The position numbers were made by a program, and so were the translations under genes. Below, in pieces: positions 40,415 through 54,323 of a stretch of 64,000 bases of DNA. The stretch comes from Flaccisagitta enflata (lineage: Eukaryota): the NCBI GenBank assembly GCA_965153355.1, contig OZ231126.1, positions 46,748,001-46,812,000 on the forward strand, written 5' to 3'. Every line of letters starts with the position of its first letter. The stretch's first letter is position 1. Under the pieces are notes generated by a model, which saw only the letters and a list, made by a program, of their open reading frames with translations, was not told where the DNA came from and searched no databases.

Positions 40415-40943
40415 ATAATAGTCGCAAAAGCGTCAGATGGTCAGCGGTACCCGGTAAGTTAGTGAATGTAAGATGTGAAGGTGAGAGGGGCAGCGGCCCC
40501 GAAGTAGCCGATGACCTATGCTGGGCTAAGATTCTAGCATTGATGCTGGGATTTGAGCCACGAGGCAGAAGAGGAGCAATCAGGCTTGGATTGGAGCCTC
40601 TTGACTGGGCTTTGAGCCTCTTGACTGGGCTTTGAGCCTCATGGCTAAGGTCCTAGCCTCAAGGCTGGGATTGGAACCATGAGGCTGGGATTGGAGCCTC
40701 AAGTTTGGGATTGGAGCCTTGAGGCTGGGATTGGAGCCTCAAGGTTAGGATTGGAGCCTCAAGGCTGGGATCCGAGCCTCAAGACCGTAATTTGAGCCTC
40801 GAGGCTGGAATTAGAGCCAGTATTACGAGCCTCGAGGCGGGGGGGGGGGGGGACGGAGGAGGAGAAGGAGAAGGAGGAGGAAAAAATCTCCCATGTGTGT
40901 GAGAGCATAGGTCATCGGTCCCTTCGGGGCCGCTGCCCAAAAA
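40415..40943 (-). mobile_element. HINE-like family B with a 21-bp tandem array
   Basis: GGGCAGCGGCCCCGAAG...GACCTATGC pairs with GCATAGGTC...CTTCGGGGCCGCTGCCCAAAAA; GGATTGGAGCCTCAAGGCTGG-type repeats inside. Confidence 0.7.
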
Positions 40944-40944
40944 A

Positions 40945-41014
<70 letters not shown>

Positions 41015-41678
41015 ACGAAAGAACGAAAGAACGAAAGAACGAAAGAAAGAAATTTCTTTTCGTTCAATAGTGAAAGAAGAGAAAGCGAGAAAAAACTGTA
41101 GAGATTGAAGGAAGGGAAAAAAGAAGATGACGACGAAAGATATAAAACTTGATTCCTGCCTGATCCTTTTTGAAAATAAACGGATTACGAGAAAGAAAGA
41201 AATCACATAAACGTAAAAATGGAACAGAAATGGAAACTTATAATTCCCCATGGATCGATAAAGAGAAAAAGCTTTATAAAACGTGTCTTCGTTCCTCCCG
41301 CAGTCCGCTTCAATACAATGGCGCCCTTTCCATGTTCCACGCGAATTTGAAATAAACATGTCCAGATATATGTCTACTTCAGTCGCGTGCGGGTGGGCAG
41401 GGGCTGTATTTGAGGTCACTGGACTATTTGGTCAGGAGCAGTGAAGCTTATAATCGCAAAAACAAACCAAATAAAAACAAGATGTGACGGATCATTCGAT
41501 CGACTGACGGACGGACAAAGCGTGGTGTAGAGTCATGTAGCACGAGACTATAAAGCAGAAAAAATATAGCTGTTTTCAGTTAAGATATTTTTAAAGATTC
41601 AATTAAAAACTTTCATTCTTAAAGTATTAAGATATCTTTAAAAATTCATCTAAAAACTTTCATTCTTAAAAAACTTAC

Positions 41679-41815
41679 TCCCTTTGTAAACAAAATAAAT
41701 AGCATCATCAGATTGAAGCCTAATGGAAGTACTGTGCAGGAGTTTTCCCTTTGTAAACAAAATAAATAGCATCATCAGATTGAAGCCTAATGGAAGTACT
41801 GTGCAGGAGTTTTCT
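41679..41815. repeat. Tandem duplication with a 67-bp period
   Basis: TCCCTTTGTAAACAAAATAAATAGCATCATCAG...GCAGGAGTTTTC appears twice. Confidence 0.9.
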
Positions 41816-42636
41816 AATGATCGAGAATCTTAGATTTTTAGGCAAATCCTAAGATTTTTTGCCAAAAACAGACATTTAAAAGTGCGTTTTTTTTCTTTTT
41901 GATACGCGTGGTAGTCTCAAGAAACAGGAAAAGGAAATGGGAAAGCACGTAAACTCAATGCCAGAATTTTTTTTTATATCATGGAATCATTGAGAATGAT
42001 TAACGAGACGGAAAATGTGGAATCTATTTATGGAATCCAGGCGAGCGCAAATGTGCATGACGCCAACGCCTCTCTGCAGTGATGTCGTGAATCGTATAAC
42101 CTCTAAATCAGTGCCAGTCGAGGATCTCGAGTTGTCAAAGGTCAACTTCAAGACCCAGAATCTTGCCTTCAAGACCAAGATCCTTGCCTTGGAGACATAG
42201 ATCCCGGCTTCAAAGACCTGGATACTGGTTTCAAAGGTTTGAAAGGATCTGGATTTAAAGGTTTGAAAGGTTTGAAAGGATCTGGATTCATCACTTAGTT
42301 TGTAAAAAAAGTTTCGGTTGCTTCGTTTACTCATTTCTAAACGACGATCAATTCTTTTATACGCGAGCACGCGACTCATGAACCCGCTCTGTCTGTCGGT
42401 GAGTTAGTCCGTTGGTCCTTCGATTGGGTTGGTCCATCACATCAGTTGGCCGGTTCATAACACAACCCCATCCGGACGCGACTTAGCTAGTCGTGCATCC
42501 GGCCTTTTCCTAACACAATACACAACCGATTCTATAGAAAAACAAAATAGCAAGTTTTGTCCACCATCTAACCGTCCATAAATGAATCGAACTTTGACCA
42601 CCGCGCCGCGCTGTCTAGATCTTGAAAGGTCAGCTT

Positions 42637-42779
42637 TTAGTCACGGACACGCGACTCTAGAACTTGCCGTGTCGGTCGGTCGGCTGGTCGGTCGGTCACG
42701 TCATGTCACGTCACATTTCGATTTTCCGCTCCTGCCCACCCGTCCGCGACTGGGGGGGGAGTGTATACGGCCTTGTTTC
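42637..42779 (+). mobile_element. HINE family A copy directly upstream of the candidate cassette exon
   Basis: TTTTAGTCACGGACACGCGACT ... CCTGCCCACCCGTCCGCGACT ... GTGTATACGGCCTTGTTT. Confidence 0.75.
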
Positions 42780-42807
42780 TTTTGCTCCTTTTCTTTTTTG
42801 CTCGCAG

Positions 42808-43017
42808 ACTAGACCAAAAACGTGACCGATGTTATCAACCATTTGGTATGGCTTTAGATAAAGGCCCCTCCCTACATGGCTTCCACCCATTCGAGGAATT
42901 TTCGCTTCATGTGGTTCACGAGGGAGGTGTAAACGTTGGCGTCCCCCCCCCCAGGCTGGGGTACCCTGCCTCCTCTCACTTCGTTCCACCACAACCACCT
43001 CCATCATTAAGATTTTG
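42808..43017 (+). CDS. Candidate cassette exon of the MMP (210 nt, phase 2-2, open in frame)
   Basis: Strong pyrimidine tract plus CGCAG acceptor and TG|GTAAGA donor. No stop in the MMP frame. No recognisable homology. Confidence 0.4.
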
Positions 43018-46000
43018 GTAAGATAGAAGAAACCAAGTCAGAGAAATATCGCAGGTCATCCGCATCCGAAAGCATCGTTTTTTTTTAAATGGTTTTTAAA
43101 CACAGTTTTTAAAAAAAACTGTTCATCTTCGGTTTAAAAAAAAAATTGGAAGTTGAATCATTTTCTGCATACAGCCTGATACAGGCAACCATTTTATTTC
43201 ACTTCATGGCACCATGGCCATGGCCAAGGGGAGATGTAAAGAGGGACAGTGGAATAGAGAGTGTCGGAGAAATGGAGGAGAAAATTTATTTATTGAATAC
43301 AATACAGTTTAGTTAAGCTTCGCTACAGTGCATGCCAAGAGACTTGGAAAAAATATGCAATCATCCACAATAATTCATGATCTTTTTTATAAAATGGTAA
43401 AATCTTAATCAAAACAAATTTTACCAACTGATTCTGGTTAGCCTGGTTGAATTACAGATATTGTTTAGGCTTGTTACAATAGATATGATAAAAGTCAACT
43501 AGCACAGATCAAAAGTGGTCTGCTTTCTTTTAAATCAAAGTTTTTTTTTCAATTGAAAATCTTTCATTACTTAGTTTAAAGGCAGTAAAGCTTAATTCAA
43601 TTGATTTGAGGCTATTTGCAAAGATAGTGAAGCTGCGTTATTGCTAATACAGGAATAGCGACAAAATCGTTTGTGGGACTGCAAGCTAAATGCCTAATAG
43701 GAGGGCATGCCTTAAAAGCTTTATTGGTAAATTTTATTCATGGCAAGTGTCACGCTTTGGCAGCAAGCAAGGGTGCCCGACTCTCCAACATCTTAAGAGT
43801 AACCAGGCTTGAGCTATGGCTTTGAACTATGAATCAATGGTTTGATGTCATCCCTAACAGTCAGGTGTACATTGTCAAACCTAGTTTTGAGACATTCGTG
43901 ACCCCTAGGGGGCCCTTAATTAGGGTCAAATGGTCAAATTTGGCTTGTCTCCTGCTTGTCTCCACATAAAAAGTGCAAGCAGAAGCAATCAAAAAATGTC
44001 TAAATGGACCGTATCATGACTCCTTATCATTTAATATTGATCACTTGAAACGTACAAAAAATTTGTTTGAGCTCCGTTGACAATAAGTTCCTTAAAAACG
44101 GTTTTCTGTACACCCTCTATTTTTGAGCAAAATTTCACTCAGATCACAGTATGATAATTATTATTTTTTTAAACTTAACTTTGCTTCATAGTTAAGCATA
44201 TTATGTTTGTTTGTCTGAAAGACAACTACTTGAAGGGCATATTTCCCAAATTTCATGTTTCCTAGTGGCTCCAAAGCGGCTTTATTGCATTTTTTCTAGA
44301 GCATATCAATTCGCGCACACTTCCAGATTTGTTCCTAACGCATACCTAACGCTTAAGATATGCCACTATGGCGTGAAAACGACACAGTTTACACAAAATC
44401 TGATCACACCACGTGAAAGAGCGTGAAATTTTGAATCTAGACTGAAAATTTCAAGTCTTAACTACCAGACGTTTGGCCACAACGAAATTTTACATTTTGT
44501 TGGTCCTGAAGTGTGAACAGAATTGATACGCTCATCGACGGCTCATCGTAGTTAATTCTTTGTTTCCACACAGCGCTCCTCACACAAATGCGCGATGCTT
44601 TTGTGTCTAAATTTGATAAAATTTCTTAAAATTGAAATTGGCATATCTCAGGAACGGTTTGAGCTAGCCCATTGAAATTTTGCATGGTTGGTACCTAGAC
44701 CAAGAGGGTCTTTTGCTTAAATTCTGATGCGACCTACAGAATGTCAAGCAGTCCAACCAGACCAATCAGCCTACCAGATGAAAAAAATGAAAAAATGGCA
44801 TAACTTCTAAAGTAATTGTCCGATTTGGTTGAAATTTTTCATGAAGCTTCCTCTAAAGATTCCTCGTCACTGGCATAAAAAAGAGCTTGGGGAAAAAATA
44901 TTTTCTCCCGACAGCCCACCCAGCCAGAAATGGTACTTATAGAGATTTTTTTTAAAAACTAAAAAAATTCAAAAAAATTTCAGAAACATGATCTCAAATG
45001 TTTGCTTGAACCTTATCAATAAGAATTTCACTGTCATATTGATTTCTTAGTTGTATTTAGCTAAATTTTCTAGTAATAAAATTGCCAACAATATCTATTT
45101 AAGCCTAATTTGCATGAAAAATGAGCTTACTTAAGAAAATCCAAGTATGGATTCATATGTAAGAATAGGTAAGCTACATGATGACGTATGGTTTTGTTCA
45201 ATATTCGAACATGTAAATTTGATGAATTTCATCCCGTCCATGTCGGGTTAGCGTGACACAAGCCTCATACACTCATGCACAAAAACCGCAACGCAACTTC
45301 AAACATCTTCCATTTCTCGTTTTTTTTTTCGCCTTGACTCATAATTCTTGAAATGCCGCCAAAATCAGGTTGCAACTTCGCATAAAAAAGCTGAAGAATC
45401 TTAATGAAGCAAAGCCCAATAAAATCTGTTCAAGGTCTCCCCAAGACTCAAGGCTCATGAATTTTGTCGTCGAGTTACAAAACCTCTTAGTCGCATACAC
45501 GCGACTATATATATGCTGCTGTGTCAGTTTATTTATCCGTCGGTTTTTGCAGCTTTTTGTTTTTCAAACAAACAAACAAGCAAACAAACAAACAAACAAA
45601 CAAACAAACAAACAAACAAACAAACAAACAAACAAACAAACAAACAAACAAGGCAAAGTGGGCTAATACGTATGCCTACTAACCAACCGACCAACCGATC
45701 AACACAGCCTCTTACTGACGTGCGTTGGCGCACATTTTCAAAAACAGCAAGGACAACGGGCGAAGATAAAGGCGAAAAAAATAGAATTTTATTAGAATTA
45801 AAGAATACAAAGTTTTAGAGGCATAGTGTACCGTTAATTAATCAAGCACGAAACGTGCACCGTGCTGCCAGATGTAACACACCATTGTGAGAAGCTCTTT
45901 TAAAAAGAGGTATCGAAACGAAAGTGAATTCGGTGGGACGGTAGCCTTCCCCAATCTCCATGGAGGTCATAAATTTTGTTTTTCTTAACACTTTTTTTAA

Positions 46001-46577
46001 ACTTGCGAAGGTTTCATTCCAAAAATAGAAATGATTACTTCCTAACCAATTTTTCGCAACAACTCTTTTGTTGTTTCCGTTTAAAATAAAAGGCCATTAA
46101 ATGCAGTCGGTGGACAATAGTTGTCTGCGTAGTTTTACTCCCTGTACATTGTATCGTTTTTCAATTGATGATAACAAATCATAAATTCTTACAAATCTAC
46201 TAATACTCGGCTATCAAAGTATTACACTTCTTTGGCAAATGGAGAGAAATAAAAACAAGCCCAAGGCAGGACAAATTCGCGGATGGTTGGGCAGGGGCAG
46301 AACTACACTATTTCTGTACTACATTATTGTAGTACAACAGTACAACAGTATTTTACACTCACATGTCACATGTCACATGTCATATAACCTAAAGCTAAAA
46401 CAAAAAACAACGGTAAATCAAAAATGTAGGGATGGACGGATGGAGGGATGGGTGGATGGACAGACGAATCAACCGACACAGCAAGGTGTAGAGTCGCATT
46501 ATTGATATGATTTATTCAGACATTTTCAAGTAAGCAAATAATGCAATCACTTAAGCATCAAATTTTAATGCATGTGC

Positions 46578-47098
46578 CATTTGGGTGCTTCACATAGCAA
46601 AAGTTGGGAGTATCCCTTCACCCTACTTAGGTAATGTGGAGGAGCAAAAATCATGAAGATGACCATTTTCCTTTTTTCAAAATTCCTTCATCTTCCGTTT
46701 TTGTTTTAGCCTTAAAGTTTCCACTGATTTCCCAGAATTCAGCAAAATCCTGTGTAGTTTTGTTACAAAAAGGACAATTATTTGTTTTAAAAAATCATGA
46801 TATATGTAAAAATAAACTAAAATATCAGAACATAAGTTATGAAAGAGCAAATGAAAAGGCAGAATTGCAATTCTATGAAGAGTAGAAAATTATGAAAGCT
46901 GATTCAAACATTGTCAGCATATTGTTTTATCCCGCTGCATTATGCAAATTAGGTCCTCAAAAGCAATTTTCTAAAAAACGGAAGATGAACGATTTTTGAT
47001 AAAACAAAAATGGTAAAGTACCTAAAATTGGTCACTCCACATTAGGTAAAGAGGGCGAAAAGAAATAACCAACTTTTGCTATGCGAAGCACGCAAATG
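46578..47098. mobile_element. MITE with 30-bp core TIRs and a possible 3-bp TSD
   Basis: CATTTG(G/C)GTGCTTC(A/G)CATAGCAAAAGTTGG inverted at both ends; TGC on both flanks. Confidence 0.75.
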
Positions 47099-48078
47099 TG
47101 CCATATTGCAAACTGGTTGCAGTTGCAAGTGCCACTGTGTAGCGAGGCTCCAATCTCAACTCCCCTGCCAACCCCCCCCCCTCGCATTCTAACGTTGCTT
47201 CCTGACTCCCACGAGTCCCACCTCGACCCAACTCACCTGTCAGTCCGATATCCCACTTTTGCTAACGTCATTCCTCTCTCCCATCTTGCCAGAAACCTTT
47301 CGTGCTCATTAGCTTTTGCGCCAAAAAGACAAGATCGGAAATAATTATAATAGCATCTCAATACAGACAGACAAGACGGGAAATGCTATCTCATATTTGC
47401 TTCACCCCCACAAGTCTAGGAAATAGAATGGAATTAGGTGATTTGCGCCATAAAACTAGATCTGTTTGAAAGGTGTTTTCTTAGTAGAAAATCTCAGCCG
47501 CTTAAACATTTAGGTTCTTTCATCTACTGACTATGTAGTTCAAGTCTCCGTCATGCATTGTCATGGCTGACGGGCCTGAATTTTGCATTTTACGTATGAG
47601 GGTATTTTTACTCCATTTTCCTAGATCTCATAAAATTGCACTTTTGAGTTCATTTAGTACTGACGTTTATAACTTGTCCTCTATATGAATGCCCTGCCCT
47701 GAAACTAGACCAAGGGGATAAATTGGGTCTATTTGCATTGATATTTGGTAAGAGACAAATGATTTTGGGCCTAAAGTGATTCTATTTCCTGATATCCTAT
47801 AAATGATGGGACTGTGGCTTGATAAGACCGGAAATTTCATCGGTTATATGCAATGGAAAAGGAGAGAATGTTGATCATGTGACCTCAATTCGAGAATGAT
47901 ATGAAATACTTCTACTAATGATTGTTCGAAGATACAAAAGCTGACTCGGAACGACGTAAATCAATCCTAATGAGTTTTGCCTTACTTGTATCGGGGGCCT
48001 CCGGATTACAAAATAACCCTCCCCTCCCCCCCTCTACGTCCTGTATCCAATTCCTTCTTTCTGTGCTATCCTAATTGA

Positions 48079-48306
<228 letters not shown>

Positions 48307-48774
48307 TGAATAAAAGTTTTTATGAATGAATGTCATATATTAATGAATGAATGCTTTAATGTATGCAACTTTCACTGGGTTAGTACCACTCATCTGTCAA
48401 AAAATACGCAAGACTGATGCTTTTTATAAATGCGTTACCTTCCAACAGACCAATCAACAGAAAAATGGACATAGCATATTGTAGAGATGCGAGTACGCAT
48501 CTAATAAAAGAATGTGTTGTGAAGGAGAAACTTTTCCGTTGGTGATCGCTTTGATTGGTTGCCATGCAAAAATGAATGATTAAGAACACTATGGCACGCT
48601 GGTATTCAAAACATATGTTTTATTTGTGAACAAGTGATGCTAATGCTCCTCCCTTTTTGTCAACCAGTATTTCTTAGCTTGCTCCATTGATTTATGTGAG
48701 ATCTCAACACTATTTTACAATGGACAACTTATGAATTCTTTCTTTCTGAATCTGTCAATTTTACTACCCTTCAG

Positions 48775-49400
48775 CTCCGTGATGTGGCCCTACGCTCAGC
48801 GATACAGTCCTAACTTTGAGCTTCAAGAGGATGACATTTTGGGAATCCAAGCGCTCTACGGCAAACCTCGAACGACGACGCGAGCGACCACAACCACGAC
48901 GACTACAACCACAACACCACCACCGACGACCACGACTACGACCACAACTACGACCACAACGACCACTACTCCATCACCAACTACGACGACCACAACAACG
49001 ACGCCGACGACGAAAGCGACGAAACCAACGAAACCTCCTTACGTAATAGTGGCAGCGGTGACGACGCCAAACAGTCGACAAATCCCGGGAGGAGCGGTAG
49101 ACGTCACCACTAAAAGAGACACCAACGTCGTCACCACCACCAACCCCGCCATCACCACCAAAGCCGTCTCACACGACCCTATCACCAAATCGACCACCAT
49201 ACCGACCACGACCACGACCACGACACCACCGCCACCAACTACCACCACGACAACCACCACCACGACGACCACGACCACCACGACGGAGCCACCGGGACCG
49301 CCACCACCGCCATATTGCGATGGCAAGCTGGACGCCATCATGACGGTTGGCCGTAAGATATTTGCCTTCCGCGATGACATGGTTTACGAGTTGGAGCAAG
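48775..49400 (+). CDS. MMP exon 5: Met-turn, Thr/Pro-rich hinge, first hemopexin blade
   Basis: Acceptor CTTCAG|C, phase 2. Encodes SVMWPY...DDILGIQALYG, then a poly-Thr hinge, then CDGKLDAIM...IFAFRD. Donor G|GTAAAT, phase 1. Confidence 0.93.
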
Positions 49401-49673
49401 GTAAATCTCATAATCTCACATTTCTTCTCATTCTCGCGATTGCTCTTCCGCGCTTTTTACAAGATTAACACCCCGATCATCTTTTTCCATCTGCTTCAGT
49501 GTCAGTTGATAGGAAGAATACGTAATACGGGAGAGGATTCTTTTTCTTTTCTTTACATTTTCATCTTCTTCTTCATCATCTTTTTCATTTTCAACTTCAT
49601 CTTCATCTTTTGCTTCTTTTTCTTCTTCTTCCTCTTCTTCTTCTCTCTTTTCTGTTTCTTCCCGTTGTTGTTC

Positions 49674-49815
<142 letters not shown>

Positions 49816-49835
49816 GGTTGTTATGGTTGTTATGG

Positions 49836-49870
<35 letters not shown>

Positions 49871-49885
49871 GCTGTTGTTATTGCT

Positions 49886-49930
<45 letters not shown>

Positions 49931-49966
49931 ATTGTTATTGTTATTGTTGTTGTTGTTGTTATTGTT

Positions 49967-50012
<46 letters not shown>

Positions 50013-50040
50013 TTTATGTTTATGTTTATGTTTATGTTTA

Positions 50041-50107
<67 letters not shown>

Positions 50108-51431
50108 GATCGTAGTTTTGTTGTCATGGTTGTTGCTGTTTTCTTCCATTGTTTTCCTAATCCACTTTTCCATATTTCATTTTTTGTCACTTATTCGAAT
50201 GGATTGTGAAGGTTTCTGCTTCCTTTGTCTTTTTACGTGCGCCACAGCACATACCACAATAAGAGGTTCAGTCCGTCGGTCGGTCCATCCATCATGCTTG
50301 AGTTAAAAATTGCTGAAAAAAAATCAATATCACCCCAAATTTTCCTAGAATTTGATGGAATGAAAGAGTTTTCAAAGAGCTAATGGAGCTGATTAATCTA
50401 TTGTCCAATAAACAATTGATGAAGCACAAAGAGCGAAAAAGATGACAAACGCAATGACCGATTTTCCGACTTCCGACCGAACAACTGACCGATGGACTAT
50501 GAGAGCCGGGAGATATAGTCACTAGTGCTGGAAACTAACTTTAAGTACAACCTTTAAGTGCAACCTTTAAGTAACGCCACGCGTCACTTGCAAAGTTGCA
50601 ATTCATCGGCCTGCTGTGAGCACAATTTTTTTCTCTTTCGTGAGGCTGAAAATATTGCTTTTGTCTTTCATTTTCATCTTCCTTTCTGCAAAATGGTCTT
50701 TTCTTTTTCCTTTTTTTGCTTTTATTTTCTTGTCCTTTCTTTTCTTGTCTTTTCCCGTCCTTTCTTTTCTTTTCTTTTCGTTTCGTTTTTTTGTCTTTGT
50801 TTTCTATTCTTTTCTTATCCTTTTTTTTTTCTTTTCTTTTCTTTTCTTTTCTTTTCTTTTCTTTTCTTTTCTTTTCTATTTTTCTCGTACTTTATTTTCT
50901 TTTTTTCTTTTCTTTTCTTGTCCTTTCTTTTCACATCACATCACATCACATCACATCACATCATTCCTAGATCAAGATACCTTGGAGTTGCAATACCTAA
51001 TCCCGAGCAGGGGCCAAAATGCGCACAAATGTCATGGATGGACTTAACAAGACTTATGAAACGAATGAAACATTGCATTGATGCCATCCGATCGACCAAT
51101 ATCCAATGTATAGAAAACCGGGAGACATGGCAGCTTAAAGAATGTTAAGGCCATAAGAGCTATAACAGAGGGTTTTTTTCTGCTGTGGAAAGTGATTTTT
51201 TACTCGTTGTTTTTTAATTACGATCTTATTGTACGATTGTCAGATAACAAGAGACAATTGTCACAATTACAATGTAAGTTGGTTCATTCATTCATTCATT
51301 CCTTCATTCATTCATTCATTCATTCATTCATTCATTTATTCATTCATTCATTCATTCATTCATTCATTCATTCATTCATTCATTCATTCATTCATTACAA
51401 TGTAAGTTGGGTTCATTCATTCTTCCAATAG

Positions 51432-51554
51432 GACTGTTCAACGGCGTGAGCATCTTGAACATCGAGCCCATCGCCAATTACTTCCCCGGAGGCCCGCCTA
51501 CGGTAGACGCCGCCCTCTACGTCAAAGTATGGAATGTCGTTTATCTCTTTAAAG
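51432..51554 (+). CDS. MMP exon 6: hemopexin repeat
   Basis: Acceptor CCAATAG|GA, phase 1. Encodes ...IANYFPGGPPTVDAALYVKVWNVVYLFKG (DAA...YLFKG hemopexin motif). Donor G|GTGGGT, phase 1. Confidence 0.88.
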
Positions 51555-51781
51555 GTGGGTGCAACCCAATCATAGGAATCCTCTCTCTCTTTTTCTTATT
51601 TTACTTTGTCTGTCTGCGTATTTTTCTGTCTCCGTCTATCTATTTCTCTGTCGATCATGTTTGTCAATCTGTTTGCCTGTATGTCTCTATGTCTCTGTCG
51701 ATCTGTTTGTCTGTTTGTTTTCGTGTGTGCAACTGAAGCTCTTTCGCATTCGCTTCCTCTTTGTCTCTCTGTCTCTCGGTC

Positions 51782-51916
<135 letters not shown>

Positions 51917-52459
51917 GACACCATGGTTCAGAGAGCATCGAACCGATTCCGCACTCGATTCAATTTCAAAGGTAGAAATCATTAAATCCATCTATTCTCA
52001 CGCAAAAATTGAAAAGTGCAATAAAAAAAAAAGAGACAAAATGGATGATCTCTTTTCTGGTTTTTTCAGTGCCAACGGAAAAATGTTCTATTCAATTTCT
52101 AACAAAGAGGAAAATTATTTATCAATGGGACAAGAGGACACGATAATCAATTTTTCCTGCGCGCATACATACGCATGCATACATACATACATACGCATAC
52201 ATACGCATACGTTTCTGAAAAAAAAACTAAAGCAAGGCACACACTATGCTGATTGTGATGCCGTCGCTTGAAAACTAGTTTCAGACTTTTACAAAAAAAA
52301 AAAATGGCATACTTCATCTCTTAAAGGACAGCAAGGCCGTAAACAGTTCCTCAATGAGCGATGTAATTTGTATGAACACGTGCAGTACTTTTTTAAGCCC
52401 ACAAAAATTTGGCGGATGCAACTCTGCAAAAATAGCCCGCTAATTTCAAAGCAGTTGGA

Positions 52460-52842
52460 AACAAGTGACGCGGGGTCACAATACCATTGCGGACGGGTGG
52501 GCAGGGGCAGCCAACCCCCATCCACATCCAACGCTCCAACCAAAACCCCCTTTCCAACACAGACACATACACAAAACTTCTAAAACGTTCGTTTTCCCAC
52601 TTTTTGACTCATCATGACAGACCAACGGACCAACAAACCGACGGACGTAGCCTTTTTAGTTGCGGACACGCAACTCTGTAAGAGACTTTGTCCGTCTGTC
52701 GGTCCGTCCGTCCGTCTGTCCGTCCGTCCGTAAAGAACGAGTCAAAAAATGGGAAAACGTGCATTTCCGCCCCTGCCCACCCGTCCGCAACTGGTGGCCG
52801 TGTATCCGGCCTTGTTTAGAGTTGCGTGTCCGCGACTAAAAA
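52460..52842. mobile_element. Minus-strand HINE with a plus-strand HINE (about 52656-52816) nested at a T-run
   Basis: The outer element resumes as AGAGTTGCGTGTCCGCGACTAAAA after the inner copy's CCGGCCTTGTTT end. Confidence 0.7.
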
Positions 52843-53290
52843 GATGTAGTTTTGACGGACCTAACGACCAATTGACGGAATAACATCAACGTCGTGACTA
52901 GAAATGCTCTAAAGCCTTTGCAGGCGTCACACCAGGCTGCCAAAGTGTTTTGAATTTGATAGCCCCGCGGAGCCACTCCCAGTCTTTGTTTGTATCTCAT
53001 TATCATCTTCAATTTTTTACGATCAACGCCAACTGCGATAGAAAACGCCGCGTGGAATGCGAATTACTGTCTACAACCACAGGCGCAAGTGATGAAGATT
53101 TGTCTTTTTCTCCTTTTTTTTCAAAGTCGGCAGAAATAAGTTGAGTAGATGGCGTGACCATGTCGCGCGCACTTGGGCTGGGATGAAGAAAAAAGTAGTG
53201 ACTGATGAAAATGGAAACCGAACACCAAAAAGAAGTTCCAAGCAATAGCTCTCATTGTGTGTGTCCAAAAGAATAAGCACTTGCTTTTAG

Positions 53291-53909
53291 CACTGCTTTC
53301 TGACAGATGATTTGTGACAAGAATGATATCACTCCGGGTTTTTCTGCATTTTTGTGTCGGTCATAGGGATACAAATCAAGAACTATTCAGTGGAAAATCA
53401 TCCCTAGAGCGCATTTTGAAAAAAAGTCAAAAACTTATAATTTTTAGCTTCATTTTGCACAAAGAACTTTTCAATTTGGTCGGACTCTTTTTTTAACAGC
53501 ATATTATTAATCCTGATAAAATTCCCTTTCATTTGATAGGTCGCACTATATGGTTTTGATTAAAAATTGAGTTTTCATATTTTAGGCCACCGCTTTAATT
53601 TTTGTAACGGTGGCTCAAAATATGAAAATGTTATTTCTTTTTAAAACCATATAGTGCGACCTATCAAATGAAAGGGAATTTTATCAGGATTAACAATACA
53701 CTGTCAAAAAATTAGTCAGACCAACCTGCAAAGTTATTCATGTATAATGAAGCTAAAAATTGTAAATTTTTGACTTTTTTTCAAAATGCGCTCTAGGGAT
53801 GATTTTCCAAAGGATAGTTCTTGATTTGTACCCCTATGACCTACAAAAAAATGCAGAAAAACCCGGAGTGATATAATTCTTGTCACAAATCATCTGTCAG
53901 AAAGCAGTG
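53291..53909. mobile_element. Near-fully palindromic MITE (CMC/Chapaev-like ends)
   Basis: CACTGCTTTCTGACAGATGATTTGTGACAAGAAT...CAGAAAGCAGTG, 4-bp TSD TTAG. Confidence 0.9.
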
Positions 53910-54323
53910 TTAGATTATTGCACAGTAAGATGGAACAGGAGTTACAGATAAGAAATAAACTTTTTCATAACCTAGCTGCACTGGAAAGACTGCTTTTAAG
54001 CTTTTAACTTAAAAGTTCATGCACTTATAAATCTTGACAATATTTGACTATGATGTTCAGTTTTTCGCTTTGGCCTTTCGACCATTATATTTCATTGCGA
54101 CCAGAGCGAGATTCATGACTGCTACTTGGTTAATTCATACCAGGCTTAATGTGGCGTCTTTGATAAATTGTAATATCCATACTAGAATGGGTACAATATG
54201 GGCATTCAAAAGAAAAATGATTTCCAAGCACTTTTGATATCCCATTTGTATAATCAAAGTCCAATCTACTTGGATTTGGACTTATTCCAGGCACCGCGTC
54301 ATCAATGCTTTAGTTGTATAGAA

